Shown here: one piece after another, positions 8,729 through 17,773 of the stretch | Position numbering within the stretch: position 1 is the stretch's first letter | Layout: every line of letters starts with the position of its first letter | Assembly: GCA_965250285.1 (NCBI GenBank) | Contig: OZ252299.1 | Location: 2,048,001 to 2,112,000 of the forward strand | Origin: Myxococcota bacterium | GTDB lineage: Bacteria > Myxococcota_A > UBA9160 > UBA4427 | Direction: 5' to 3' | Length of the DNA: 64,000 bases | Notes under the pieces: generated by a model | Databases searched by the model: none | Seen by the model: only the letters and a program-made list of their open reading frames with translations | Told to the model about the DNA's origin: nothing | Position numbers and translations under genes: made by a program

Positions 8729-9913
8729 CTAGTACCTCGGCACCGTGGGATCGACGGTGAGCGACCATGCCTCGATGCCCCCGTCGAGCTGCTCGACCTG
8801 CTCGAAGCCCGCGTCGATCAGGGCCCGGCCTGCCTTCTCACTGCGCGGGCCGTGATGACAGTGCACGACGACGGGTCGATCGCGGTAGGGCTCGATCTCG
8901 GCGATCCGCTCGGGCAGTTCGGCGAGCGGAATCAGCGTGGCGCCCTCGATGTGCGCGCGTTCGAACTCGTCGCGGTCGCGCACGTCGAGCAGCAGCAGGT
9001 CGTCTCGACGGGCGCGGCGTTCGGCGAGCGTCGACGCCGAGATGCCCGGCACGTGCGCCAGCCGCTCGTCGGCCGAAGGCAGGCCACAGAACCCGTCGTA
9101 GTCGATCAGCTCGGTCACCGTCGGGTGCTCACCGCACACCGGACAGCCGGGATCCTTCTTCAGCGTGAACTCGGTGAACTCCATCGCGAGCGCATCGTAG
9201 AGCAGCAGCCGGCCGACCAGCGTACGACCGATGCCGGTGAGCAGCTTGACCGCCTCGGTCGCCTGGATCAGCGCCACGATCCCCGGCAGCACCCCGAGCA
9301 CGCCCCCCTCGGCACAGGAGGGCACGCTCCCCGGCGGCGGCGGCTCGGGATAGAGGCAGCGGTAACACGGCCCGTGCTCGGCGTCGAACACGCCGGCCTG
9401 CCCGTCGAAACGGAAGATCGACCCGTAGACGTTCGGGATGCCGAGCATCACGCACGCATCGTTGGTGAGGTAGCGCGTGGGAAAGTTGTCGGTGCCGTCG
9501 ATGACGAGGTCGTGACCGCGGAACACGTCGAGCGCGTTGGACGAGTCGAGGCGCATCTGATGCGTGCGGACGTCGACGTCGGGGTTCTGCGCCCGCACCC
9601 GCTCGGCAGCGACCTCGACCTTCGGCCTTCCGACGTCGGCGGTCCCGAAGAGGATCTGGCGCTGCAGGTTCGACATGTCGACGACGTCATCGTCGACGAG
9701 CGTGAGCCCGCCGATCCCCGCCGCCGCGAGATACTGCGCGAGCGGACAGCCGAGCCCGCCGGCCCCCACGATCGCGACCCGCGCGCCGAGCAGCTTCTGC
9801 TGCGCCTCCACCCCGAACTCGGGGAGGATCAGATGCCGCCGGTACCGCTCGAACTGCTCGGGCCGAAGCGGTGCCGCGCGGGGCGGAATGGAAGAAGACG
9901 AAGATCGAGTCAT
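8729..9913 (-). CDS. moeB: MoeB/MoeZ adenylyltransferase with C-terminal rhodanese
   Basis: RYRRHLILPE, GAGGLG, SNLQRQ, DGTDNFPTRY, PCYRC, CPVC, rhodanese HCHHGPRS, WSLTVDPTVPRY. Confidence 0.93.
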   Translation of the reverse strand: MTRSSSSSIPPRAAPLRPEQFERYRRHLILPEFGVEAQQKLLGARVAIVGAGGLGCPLAQYLAAAGIGGLTLVDDDVVDMSNLQRQILFGTADVGRPKVEVAAERVRAQNPDVDVRTHQMRLDSSNALDVFRGHDLVIDGTDNFPTRYLTNDACVMLGIPNVYGSIFRFDGQAGVFDAEHGPCYRCLYPEPPPPGSVPSCAEGGVLGVLPGIVALIQATEAVKLLTGIGRTLVGRLLLYDALAMEFTEFTLKKDPGCPVCGEHPTVTELIDYDGFCGLPSADERLAHVPGISASTLAERRARRDDLLLLDVRDRDEFERAHIEGATLIPLAELPERIAEIEPYRDRPVVVHCHHGPRSEKAGRALIDAGFEQVEQLDGGIEAWSLTVDPTVPRY

Positions 9914-10229
9914 GGCCTCACCCGAAAGGAAAGCAGGAGATGCCCCCAGGCTCCACTCTGATGCCCGCGCAGCCAAGGGGTGGCCAAGAGTCAGCTCCCC
10001 GAGGACGCCCAAGCCGCACAGCGCCACCCGTCCTCGCCCCGCGCAGGAGCCGCAACGACCCGCCCAGGCGTTCAGCTGCGGGCGAATCGAAGCCCCTCCG
10101 GTCGCCCTGCCGAACGCGCTCGAAATGGCTCCGCAGCAGGCTCAGCAGATGCGCAGCCCGACTGCTGCAACGCCTAGCGGAAGCCCCCGCTCGAAACGCC
10201 CGCTGGCCGAAGCCGCCAAAGCCGGCCCC

Positions 10230-10559
10230 CTACTCCTCGCGCGGCACCAGCACCTCGACCTTGTACGCCTTGCGCGGCTTGTCGATGAACTTCCAGGAGA
10301 CGGTCACCCAGTCGCCCTTCTTGAGCGACTTCCACGAGGTCTTCCCCTCTTCGGTCTCGCTGCTCACCTCGACGTCGTCCGCGGGAACGAACGAGACTTT
10401 GTCGCCCATCCGGTTGTCGACGATCATCTTCTTCGCGCTGACGCGGTCGATTCGGCCGGTGAATTCGCGCATCTGTGCGGCGGCGAGGCCGGGCGCGATC
10501 AGGGCGACCGATGCGACGAGCGCGAGGGTCAGGGCGAGACGTCGGAGGTTCGGCTTCAT
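10230..10559 (-). CDS. Small exported beta-rich (OB-fold-like) protein
   Basis: Signal peptide ending AAA-Q; FTGRIDRV...LKKGDWVTVSW pattern. Confidence 0.7.
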   Translation of the reverse strand: MKPNLRRLALTLALVASVALIAPGLAAAQMREFTGRIDRVSAKKMIVDNRMGDKVSFVPADDVEVSSETEEGKTSWKSLKKGDWVTVSWKFIDKPRKAYKVEVLVPREE

Positions 10560-10817
10560 GATGGAAGACTCCTTTGGCTCGAGCCGACGCGGGGCCGGTG
10601 AGTTGTCGCATCGAGGCGTTTGCTTCCGGCTCTCTGTTCGACCGTGATCGAGCCTGGCCAGTTCGGGCGGCGCCGGGGTGACCCTGCAACCGAGCGCGGC
10701 ACTCCGCGCGGGCGTGCGGCTCTGTTCGATCTCGGCTCGATCTCGCTGCGATTCGGGTCGGGGCTCGACCTCGTGCGCGTCTCGCTCGACCGAATCGAGC
10801 GAGCAGGCTGAGGTGGG

Positions 10818-10901
10818 TGCCGGAGGCGGGACTCGAACCCGCACGATGTCACCACCGGGCGATTTTGAGTCGCCTGCGTCTACCAGTTCCGCCACTCCGG
10901 C
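10818..10901 (-). tRNA. tRNA-Leu (CAA)
   Basis: Reverse complement GCCGGAGTGGCGGAACTGGTAGACGCAGGCGACTCAAAATCGCC...GGGTTCGAGTCCCGCCTCCGGCA; followed by CCC rather than CCA. Confidence 0.96.
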
Positions 10902-10986
10902 AGGCGGCGCGATCATACCGCGCCCATGGGCCACGCGCTGAGGTGCTGCGGGGGCGTCGCGACCGCTGCGCTCGCCTCGACCACCT

Positions 10987-11014
10987 TTGACTCTCGGGGA
11001 AGCTGGGTTAGTTT
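10987..11014 (+). promoter_or_regulatory. Putative sigma70 promoter for tRNA-Ala
   Basis: TTGACT-16 bp-TAGTTT ending 12 bp upstream of the tRNA. Confidence 0.5.
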
Positions 11015-11026
11015 CCCGGCCCTCGT

Positions 11027-11102
11027 GGGGCCGTAGCTCAGTTGGGAGAGTGCTTGAATGGCATTCAAGAGGTCGCGGGTTCGATTCCCGCCGGCTCCAC
11101 CA
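11027..11102 (+). tRNA. tRNA-Ala (GGC)
   Basis: GGGGCCGTAGCTCAGTTGGGAGAGTGCTTGAATGGCATTCAAG...TTCGATTCCCGCCGGCTCCACCA. Confidence 0.97.
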
Positions 11103-11288
11103 CCCCACCCTCTCCCGTGATGCCCGAGCGCTCGACATGAGAGCGCATGGGTCGCCGTCGAGCCGAGGTCGTGTGGCCGACCGCCGGCACGGGCCATCCA
11201 AACATCGCCCCAGACCCCGCGCATGAACGGGACGCCGCTCGCGGCGCGCCTTTTCGTCTCAGCTCGTCTCAGCGCTTCGCGTTGCGGC

Positions 11289-12227
11289 CTAGTCGGGCTC
11301 TGGCGCCAGGCCGTAGTCGGCCCAGTCGACCTCTTCGCACGCGTCGCCAATGCAGACCTCGAACGTGTCGCAATCGAGGAACTCGACGGACGCGAAGGTC
11401 GCGTCGCCCCCGACGAGCTGGATGAACCCCTGGCTCGGCGCCCCGTTCACGCAGTCGAATACGACGGGCTCGGTGGTCTCGATCGAGATCTGACCGTGCG
11501 CCGGATCGGTCACCTTGGCCGAAACGCTGTAGCCATTCGCGTCGTCGCCGGTCACGTTCGCATCCTCGATGTCGTAGCTGCGTCCGTCGAGCCCGGAGAA
11601 GCTGTTCGACTCCGTGCAGACGATCGCTTCCGGGTTCGACAGGTTCCGACACGACACCGTCGTGGCCCAGCCGTCGAAACAGCGCTGCGCGTCGAGCGGG
11701 ATCACCGTGACGCAGAAGTCGTCGTACGCGACGGTCGCGGTGTACGAATCGTCGCCGAAGGCCACGGTCGTAACGATGTCACCGTCATACTCGATGTCTT
11801 CGCTGAGGCCACACTCGTCATAGCGCGTCGTCGTCGAGGGGCCGTCTTCGAGCGTCGTCATCGTCCCGCCGAAGGGGCAGCTCTCTGGTGCAGAGCTCGC
11901 GAATGCCGCGAGGGCTTCGTCCGCGACCGAGACGGCCTCGGCGTGCGCGGCCGCGGCCGCGACGCGCCCCGCCTCGCTCTCGTACGCGGTCGCGGTGATG
12001 GGCGCCCCCGCTCCCGGCAGCCCGTCCTGGTCGATCGCGGCGCGGGCGCCCGACGTCGCAGCAACGGCCAGATCGTTCACGTTGCCGTCGACGATCTCGG
12101 CATCGCCGGTCGACGCGTCTGCGCCGGGAGCGGGCTCCCCTTCGTTGTTGCACGCCGTCCCGGCCAGAGCGAAGAGCAGCGGCGTGATGACCCATAGAGA
12201 TCGCGATTTCCGCGTGTCGATGCACAT
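11289..12227 (-). CDS. Putative Cys-rich acidic lipoprotein
   Basis: Lipobox-like LAGTAC; beta-rich body with multiple Cys (CPFGGT). Confidence 0.65.
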   Translation of the reverse strand: MCIDTRKSRSLWVITPLLFALAGTACNNEGEPAPGADASTGDAEIVDGNVNDLAVAATSGARAAIDQDGLPGAGAPITATAYESEAGRVAAAAAHAEAVSVADEALAAFASSAPESCPFGGTMTTLEDGPSTTTRYDECGLSEDIEYDGDIVTTVAFGDDSYTATVAYDDFCVTVIPLDAQRCFDGWATTVSCRNLSNPEAIVCTESNSFSGLDGRSYDIEDANVTGDDANGYSVSAKVTDPAHGQISIETTEPVVFDCVNGAPSQGFIQLVGGDATFASVEFLDCDTFEVCIGDACEEVDWADYGLAPEPD

Positions 12228-12445
12228 GGCTGGTTCTCCCCGGTCGATCGTGAGGACTCCATGGTCGCACGAATCGCGCGCTGAGCGGAGGCAAACAGTC
12301 GCGCCGGGACACTTCGGAGTGTCCCATTCTCATGTCACCCCGGTCGCCCCCTCGTGGCACCGAGGCAACGAGAGCGAGACCCCGCTGACGGACCCACCAG
12401 GGGGCCTGCCTTCGGACGGCTCCATCGGCGCGCGCCGATCGTCGA

Positions 12446-12518
12446 TGCGGGCGCGGGTGCGGGTGCGAGTGCGTGCGCCGGTGCGGGTGCGGGTGCGTGC
12501 GCGGGTGCGGATGCGGGC
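12446..12518. repeat. Low-complexity (GCGGGT)n tract, intergenic
   Basis: Repeated GGGTGC/GCGTGC hexamers. Confidence 0.7.
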
Positions 12519-12690
12519 GCCGCGTCGCCGGCCGAGGGACGGCTGCGGGCCCCGCCGAAACGCTCGGGACTCGCTCAATCGGTCGCGCCAGGCGTCCAAT
12601 CGGGCACGGCGGGGATGGTGCCGGCGTCCCGCGCGCGTTCCGGTCTCGCGCGCCGGCGGCTTCCACGCTCAGCCACCCTTGTCCCCGTTC

Positions 12691-12704
12691 TAGAACGTGT
12701 TCTA
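12691..12704. promoter_or_regulatory. KstR-type operator
   Basis: TAGAACGTGTTCTA = TnnAACnnGTTnnA, about 80 bp upstream of the OB-fold/ltp operon. Confidence 0.8.
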
Positions 12705-12784
12705 GCATCGGCCTCCGCTCGCGAGTCGACCGACGACGGTCTGCGTTCGCGCGCGCCCACCCGACCCATTCGAGGGAGTCCGAG

Positions 12785-13252
12785 ATGAGTGAGGCCAGCG
12801 CAGCCGGCGGTGCGACGCTCCGCGCGCCGCATCGGCTCGAGTACACGTACAAGCGGTCGCTCGGCGACGTGCTCGGTCGCTTCTTTACCAGCCTGCGGGC
12901 TGGCAAGATCGAGGGCGTGAAGACGACCGATGGTCGCGTGCTCGTGCCGCCGTCCGAGTACGACCCGAACACCGGCGAGTCGACGACCGGCGAGTGGGTC
13001 GAGGTCGGGCCCGGCGGCACCGTCGAGGCCTGGTCGTGGATCCCGAACCCGCGCCGCAAGCACCCCCTCGACCACGCCTTCGCCTTCGCGCTCGTGAAGC
13101 TCGACGGCGCCGATACCGCCCTGCTCCACGCCGTCGATGCAGGGGACGAGGGCCGAATGTCGACGGGCATGCGGGTCACGGCGAAGTTCGCGGATGCGCC
13201 AGCGGGCGGCATCCTCGACCTCGCGCATTTCGTGCCGGAGGAGGCGTCATGA
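12785..13252 (+). CDS. DUF35 OB-fold protein (N-half of Rv3521-like)
   Basis: LEYTYKRSLG, GRVLVPPSEYDP, PFA-like FAFALVKLDGADTALLHAV, MRVTAKF. Confidence 0.8.
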   Translation: MSEASAAGGATLRAPHRLEYTYKRSLGDVLGRFFTSLRAGKIEGVKTTDGRVLVPPSEYDPNTGESTTGEWVEVGPGGTVEAWSWIPNPRRKHPLDHAFAFALVKLDGADTALLHAVDAGDEGRMSTGMRVTAKFADAPAGGILDLAHFVPEEAS

Positions 13253-13746
13253 GCGAAGAACAGGGCGACGTGAAGGTCATCCGAACCCCGGTCGAGCTCG
13301 ACTACACCTACGGCCCCGGCGTGGCAGCCGATCGGTTCCTGCGCGCCATCAAGGTGGGCAAGATGCTCGGCTTTGCCTGCGAACAGTGCGGCCGGGTCTA
13401 CTTCCCGACGCGCGGCTCGTGCCCCCGATGCGCCAAGCCGACGACCAAAGAGGTCGAGGTCAAGGACACGGGCACCGTCATCACCTTCTCGGTCGTGCGC
13501 GTGCCGTCCGAGAACATCGAGGTCGAGCTGCCCTACTGCGCGGCCAATGTCCTCTTCGACGGTTCCGACATCAGCACCACCCTGCTCGTCCAGGAATGCA
13601 AGATGGAGGACATCCGCATCGGCATGCGAGTGAAGGCCGTGTGGCGCCCGAAAGAGGAGTGGGACTACACGCTCTCGAACATCAAGTACGTCAAGCCCCT
13701 CGACGAGCCCGACGTCCCGTTCGACGAGATCAAGGAGTACTCCTGA
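13249..13746 (+). CDS. DUF35 Zn-ribbon/OB-fold protein
   Basis: CEQC...CPRC zinc ribbon; GMRVKAVW; ATGA overlap with the upstream gene. Confidence 0.85.
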   Translation: MSEEQGDVKVIRTPVELDYTYGPGVAADRFLRAIKVGKMLGFACEQCGRVYFPTRGSCPRCAKPTTKEVEVKDTGTVITFSVVRVPSENIEVELPYCAANVLFDGSDISTTLLVQECKMEDIRIGMRVKAVWRPKEEWDYTLSNIKYVKPLDEPDVPFDEIKEYS

Positions 13747-14798
13747 TGCGCGACGTCGCAGTCATTTCCTATGCGCAGAGCAAGAACGTGCGGAGCGAGA
13801 CCGAGCTCAACGAGGTCGAGATGCTCATGCCGGTCATCGAAGAGGCCGTGAAGGGCTCGGGCATGGACCGCCACGACATCGGGTTCACGTGCTCGGGCTC
13901 GACCGACTACCTGTCGGGTCAGAGCTTCGCCTTCGTGGGCGCGGTCGACGCCGTCGGCGCCTGGCCGCCGATCGTCGAGAGCCACGTCGAGATGGACGGC
14001 GCATGGGCGCTGTACGAGTCGTGGGTGAAGATCCAGTGCGGTGAGGTCGACTCGGCGCTGATCTTCAGCTTCGGGCGATCGTCGATGGGCGAGACCGCAG
14101 AGACGCTGACCCTTCAGACCGACCCGTACACGATGGCCCCGCTCGGGCCCGACGCGATCAGCATGGCCGCGCTCCAGGCGCGAGCGGGCCTCGACCAGGG
14201 CGTCTATACCGAACGCGACATGGCCGAGGCGGCCGTCAACAGCCGGCGCAACGGTCAGTCGAACCCCGATGCCCAGCTGACCGGCGACTTCGACGTCGAT
14301 GCGCTGCTCGCCGAGCCGTACATCGCGTCGCCCCTGCGCAAGCACGACTGCCCCCCCGTCAGCGACGGCTGCGCGGCGATGGTGATTGCGGCCGACGAAA
14401 CCGCACGCCAGTACTCGAAGAACCCCGTGTGGATCCGCGGGCTCGAGCACCGTTACGACAGCCACCAGCTCGGGACCCGGGATCTGTCGACCTCGCCTTC
14501 GACCGAAGCCGCCGGCCGGGCTGCGGCCATCGGTGACGTCGACTTCGCCGAGCTGCATGCCCCGTTCACGCATCAGGAGCTGATCGTGAAGAAGGCGCTC
14601 GGCCTCGGCGAAGGGGTCAAGATCAACCCGTCGGGCGGTCCGCTCTCGGGCAACCCGATCATGACGGCCGGGCTCGCGCGCATCGGTGAGTCGTTCCGCC
14701 AGATTCAGGCGGGCCACGGTCGCCGCGGCGTCGCCACCGCGACGTCGGGCCCGTGTCTGCAGCAGAACCTCGTGTGCGTTCTCGAGGGAGGGGAGTAG
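13746..14798 (+). CDS. ltp4: Thiolase-domain (SCP-x type) protein, Ltp4-like
   Basis: MRDVAVISYAQ, TCSGSTDYLSG, GAWPPIVESHVEMDGAWALYE, ATSGPCLQQNLVCVLEG resemble mycobacterial Ltp4 (from recall). Confidence 0.75.
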   Translation: MRDVAVISYAQSKNVRSETELNEVEMLMPVIEEAVKGSGMDRHDIGFTCSGSTDYLSGQSFAFVGAVDAVGAWPPIVESHVEMDGAWALYESWVKIQCGEVDSALIFSFGRSSMGETAETLTLQTDPYTMAPLGPDAISMAALQARAGLDQGVYTERDMAEAAVNSRRNGQSNPDAQLTGDFDVDALLAEPYIASPLRKHDCPPVSDGCAAMVIAADETARQYSKNPVWIRGLEHRYDSHQLGTRDLSTSPSTEAAGRAAAIGDVDFAELHAPFTHQELIVKKALGLGEGVKINPSGGPLSGNPIMTAGLARIGESFRQIQAGHGRRGVATATSGPCLQQNLVCVLEGGE

Positions 14799-14800
14799 TC

Positions 14801-15958
14801 ATGGCAGAGCACGCCGCCGTCATCGGCATCGGCCAGACCAAGTACGACGCCAAGCGCGAAGACGTCTCGATGGTGGGACTGGTCCGCGAGGCCGCGCAGC
14901 GCGCCCTCGAAGACGCGAACCTCGACTGGAAGGACATCGACGCCGTCGTCATCGGCAAGGCTCCCGACCTGTTCGAGGGCGTGATGATGCCCGAGCTCTT
15001 CCTCGCCGAGGCGCTCGGTGGCGTCGGCAAGCCGATGCTGCGCGTCCACACGGCGGGCAGCGTCGGCGGATCGACGGGCATCGTCGCGTCGAGCCTCGTC
15101 CAGGCTGGCATCCACAAACGCGTGCTCACCGTCTGCTACGAGAAGCAGTCCGAGAGCAACGCAATGTGGGCGCTCTCGATCAAGATGCCCTTCGCCCAGG
15201 CGATGGTCGCCGGCGCCGGTGGCTTCTTCGCGCCGCTGATCCGCGGCTACATGGCGCGCTCGGGTGCCCCCGAAGACACGGGCATCCGCGTCGCACTCAA
15301 AGATCGGCTGAACGCGCTGAAGAACCCGCTGGCCCACCTGAAGCTGCCCGACGTGACGTTCGAGATGATCGAGTCGTCACCGATGCTCTGGGATCCCGTG
15401 CGCTACCTCGAGACCTGCCCGTCGAGCGATGGGGCGTGTGCGATGGTCATCGGCGACGCGGCGGCCGCGAAGGCATCGCCGGGGAAGCCGGCCTGGATTC
15501 ACGCGACCCAGATGAAAACCGAGCCCACCATGTTCGCCGGCCGCGACCAGGTCATGCCGAAGGCGGGCATGGAGTGCGCGAGCGATCTCTACAAGAAGGC
15601 TGGGATCACGAACCCGCGCGAGGAGATCGACTGCGCCGAGGTCTACGTGCCCTTCAGTTGGTTCGAGCCGATGTGGATGGAGAATCTGCACTTCGCGCCG
15701 ATCAACGAGGGCTGGAAGATGACCTACGAGGGCGCGACGGCCCTCGACGGCGACCTGCCCATCAACATGTCCGGCGGCGTGCTCTCGAGCAACGCCATCG
15801 GTGCTTCGGGCCTGATCCGGTTCGCCGAAGCGGCGATGCAGGTGCGCGGCCAGGCCGGCGAACACCAGGTCGACGGCGCGCGCAAGGCCCTCGGCCACGC
15901 CTACGGCGGCGGCTCGCAGTACTTCTCGATGTGGATCGTGGGCGACCAGCCGCTCTAG
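14801..15958 (+). CDS. ltp3: Thiolase-domain (SCP-x type) protein, Ltp3-like
   Basis: GKAPDLFEGVMMPEL, RVHTAGSVGGST, YVPFSWFEPMW, GHAYGGGSQYF resemble mycobacterial Ltp3 (from recall). Confidence 0.78.
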   Translation: MAEHAAVIGIGQTKYDAKREDVSMVGLVREAAQRALEDANLDWKDIDAVVIGKAPDLFEGVMMPELFLAEALGGVGKPMLRVHTAGSVGGSTGIVASSLVQAGIHKRVLTVCYEKQSESNAMWALSIKMPFAQAMVAGAGGFFAPLIRGYMARSGAPEDTGIRVALKDRLNALKNPLAHLKLPDVTFEMIESSPMLWDPVRYLETCPSSDGACAMVIGDAAAAKASPGKPAWIHATQMKTEPTMFAGRDQVMPKAGMECASDLYKKAGITNPREEIDCAEVYVPFSWFEPMWMENLHFAPINEGWKMTYEGATALDGDLPINMSGGVLSSNAIGASGLIRFAEAAMQVRGQAGEHQVDGARKALGHAYGGGSQYFSMWIVGDQPL

Positions 15959-15989
15959 GCGCGCGGCGAATCGATCCGATCACGCACCA

Positions 15990-16019
15990 CGAGGGCCGCG
16001 AGTTCGTTCGCGGCCCTCG
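15990..16019 (+). terminator. Intra-operon hairpin
   Basis: CGAGGGCCGCGA-GTTCGT-TCGCGGCCCTCG perfect 12-bp stem; no U-tract. Confidence 0.45.
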
Positions 16020-16037
16020 CTCATTCAGGAGAACGTC

Positions 16038-17585
16038 ATGTCCGAACTCGGCTTCTGGAGCCTCGCTCAGAAGAACCCCGACGCCCTCGCTCTGGTCGAC
16101 CCGAGCGGCCGCGAGTGGAGCCGCGGCGAGCTGCTCGCCGAAGCGAACCGCATCGCACAAGGCCTGCGCGCGAAGGGCCTCGGCAAGGGCGACTGCGTCG
16201 CGCTCGTGATGGAGAACTGCGCGGAGTTCGTGCAGATCAATCTCGCGATCACCCAGATCGGGATGTACATGACGCCGATCAACAACCATCTGACCGGGCC
16301 CGAGATCGCGTACATCCTGCAGGACAGCGGGGCGAAGATCTTCTTCGGCTCGGCCAAGTTCGCCGACGAGTGCCGGATCGCCCGCGACGAGGCCGACTTC
16401 GATTCGAACCAGTGCTACTCGGTCGGCGACCTCGACGGGTTCCAGGCATTCGACGCCATGAAGGAAGGTCAGCCCGACACCCTGCCCGACGACCGCTCGG
16501 CGGGCCAGGTGATGAACTACACGTCGGGCACGACCGGCAAGCCCAAGGGCGTGCGCCGGCCGCTGGCCGACATCTCCCCCGATCTCGTGGCCACGATGAC
16601 GACCGGCTTCCTGTCGATGTTCGACCTGCAGCCCGAGGACGACAACGTCCACATCTGCGGCTCACCGCTCTACCACACGGCCGTGCTGGTTTTCCTCTCG
16701 GCGTCGCTCCACATGGGTCACTCGGTCGTCTTGATGGAGAAGTGGTTGCCCGAGGACATGCTGCGGCTGATCGACCAGTACCGCGTGACCCAGAGCCACA
16801 TGGTGCCCACACAGTTCAACCGCCTGCTCAAGCTGCCCGAGGACGTGCGCGCGAAGTACGACGTATCGAGTCTGAGGGCCATGGTGCACGCGGCTGCGCC
16901 CTGCCCCGTCGAGACGAAGTGGAAGATGCTCGATTGGTGGGGCGACTCGATCTACGAGTACTACGCCGCCACCGAAGGCGGAGGCACGCTCGCCAAGCCC
17001 GCCGAATGGAGGGCGAACCCGGGCACGGTCGGCCAGGCCTGGCCCAACGCCGACGTCAAGATCTACGACGACGACGGCAACGAGCTCGGTCGCAACGAGG
17101 TCGGCACGATCTACATGCTGCTCGGCCAGGCCGACTTCGAATACAAGGACGCCAAGAAGAAGACGAAGGACAACCGCATCGGCAACTACTTCACCGTCGG
17201 CGACGTCGGCGAGCTCAACGACGACGGCTTCCTCTTCCTCCGTGACCGGAAGATCGACATGATCATCTCGGGCGGAGCCAACCTCTACCCGGCCGAGATC
17301 GAGGCCGAGCTGATCCAGCACCCGAAGGTTGCCGACGTCGCCGTGTTCGGGATCCCGAACGATGACTGGGGCGAAGAGATCAAGGCGGTGATCCAGCCGA
17401 TCGATGGCGTCGAAGCCAGCGACGCGCTCACCGACGAGATCCTCGAGTGGTGCGACGGCCGTCTCGCCAAGATGAAGCGGCCCAGGTCGATCGACTATCT
17501 CGCCGAGCTGCCGCGCGACCCGAACGGCAAGCTCTACAAGCGCAAGCTGCGCGATCCGTACTGGGAAGGTCGAGCGCAGCTCTGA
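16038..17585 (+). CDS. Acyl-CoA synthetase (AMP-binding)
   Basis: YTSGTTGKPKG, YYAATEG, FTVGDVG, IISGGANLYPAEIE, GKLYKRKL. Confidence 0.93.
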   Translation: MSELGFWSLAQKNPDALALVDPSGREWSRGELLAEANRIAQGLRAKGLGKGDCVALVMENCAEFVQINLAITQIGMYMTPINNHLTGPEIAYILQDSGAKIFFGSAKFADECRIARDEADFDSNQCYSVGDLDGFQAFDAMKEGQPDTLPDDRSAGQVMNYTSGTTGKPKGVRRPLADISPDLVATMTTGFLSMFDLQPEDDNVHICGSPLYHTAVLVFLSASLHMGHSVVLMEKWLPEDMLRLIDQYRVTQSHMVPTQFNRLLKLPEDVRAKYDVSSLRAMVHAAAPCPVETKWKMLDWWGDSIYEYYAATEGGGTLAKPAEWRANPGTVGQAWPNADVKIYDDDGNELGRNEVGTIYMLLGQADFEYKDAKKKTKDNRIGNYFTVGDVGELNDDGFLFLRDRKIDMIISGGANLYPAEIEAELIQHPKVADVAVFGIPNDDWGEEIKAVIQPIDGVEASDALTDEILEWCDGRLAKMKRPRSIDYLAELPRDPNGKLYKRKLRDPYWEGRAQL

Positions 17586-17651
17586 GCCGACGCGTCCGCA
17601 GTGAGGCCGCGGGCTCGCCTGACCGCCAGTCCACTTTCCGATCGGAATCGC

Positions 17652-17680
17652 CGAGCCCCCTGTGATGCAGGGGGCTCGTT
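17652..17680 (+). terminator. Putative terminator hairpin
   Basis: CGAGCCCCCTG-TGATG-CAGGGGGCTCG followed by TT, downstream of the ligase. Confidence 0.55.
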
Positions 17681-17773
17681 GCGTTCGAGGCATGGAGCGA
17701 CACACGCTGGTTGACATCGCGTCCCGCCCCCCTGTAAGAGGGACGTTCGAACCCGAAACCGCGAGGGCGCGCG

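Noticed and set aside
9915..9945. SRP RNA-like motif (TCACCCGAAAGGAAAGCAG)
   Set aside because: It lacks the conserved CAGG of the internal loop and a long flanking helix, and it abuts the moeB start on the opposite strand.
12446..12518. (GCGGGT)n tract as a His/Pro-repeat peptide gene
   Set aside because: No credible start or RBS; best treated as an intergenic microsatellite.
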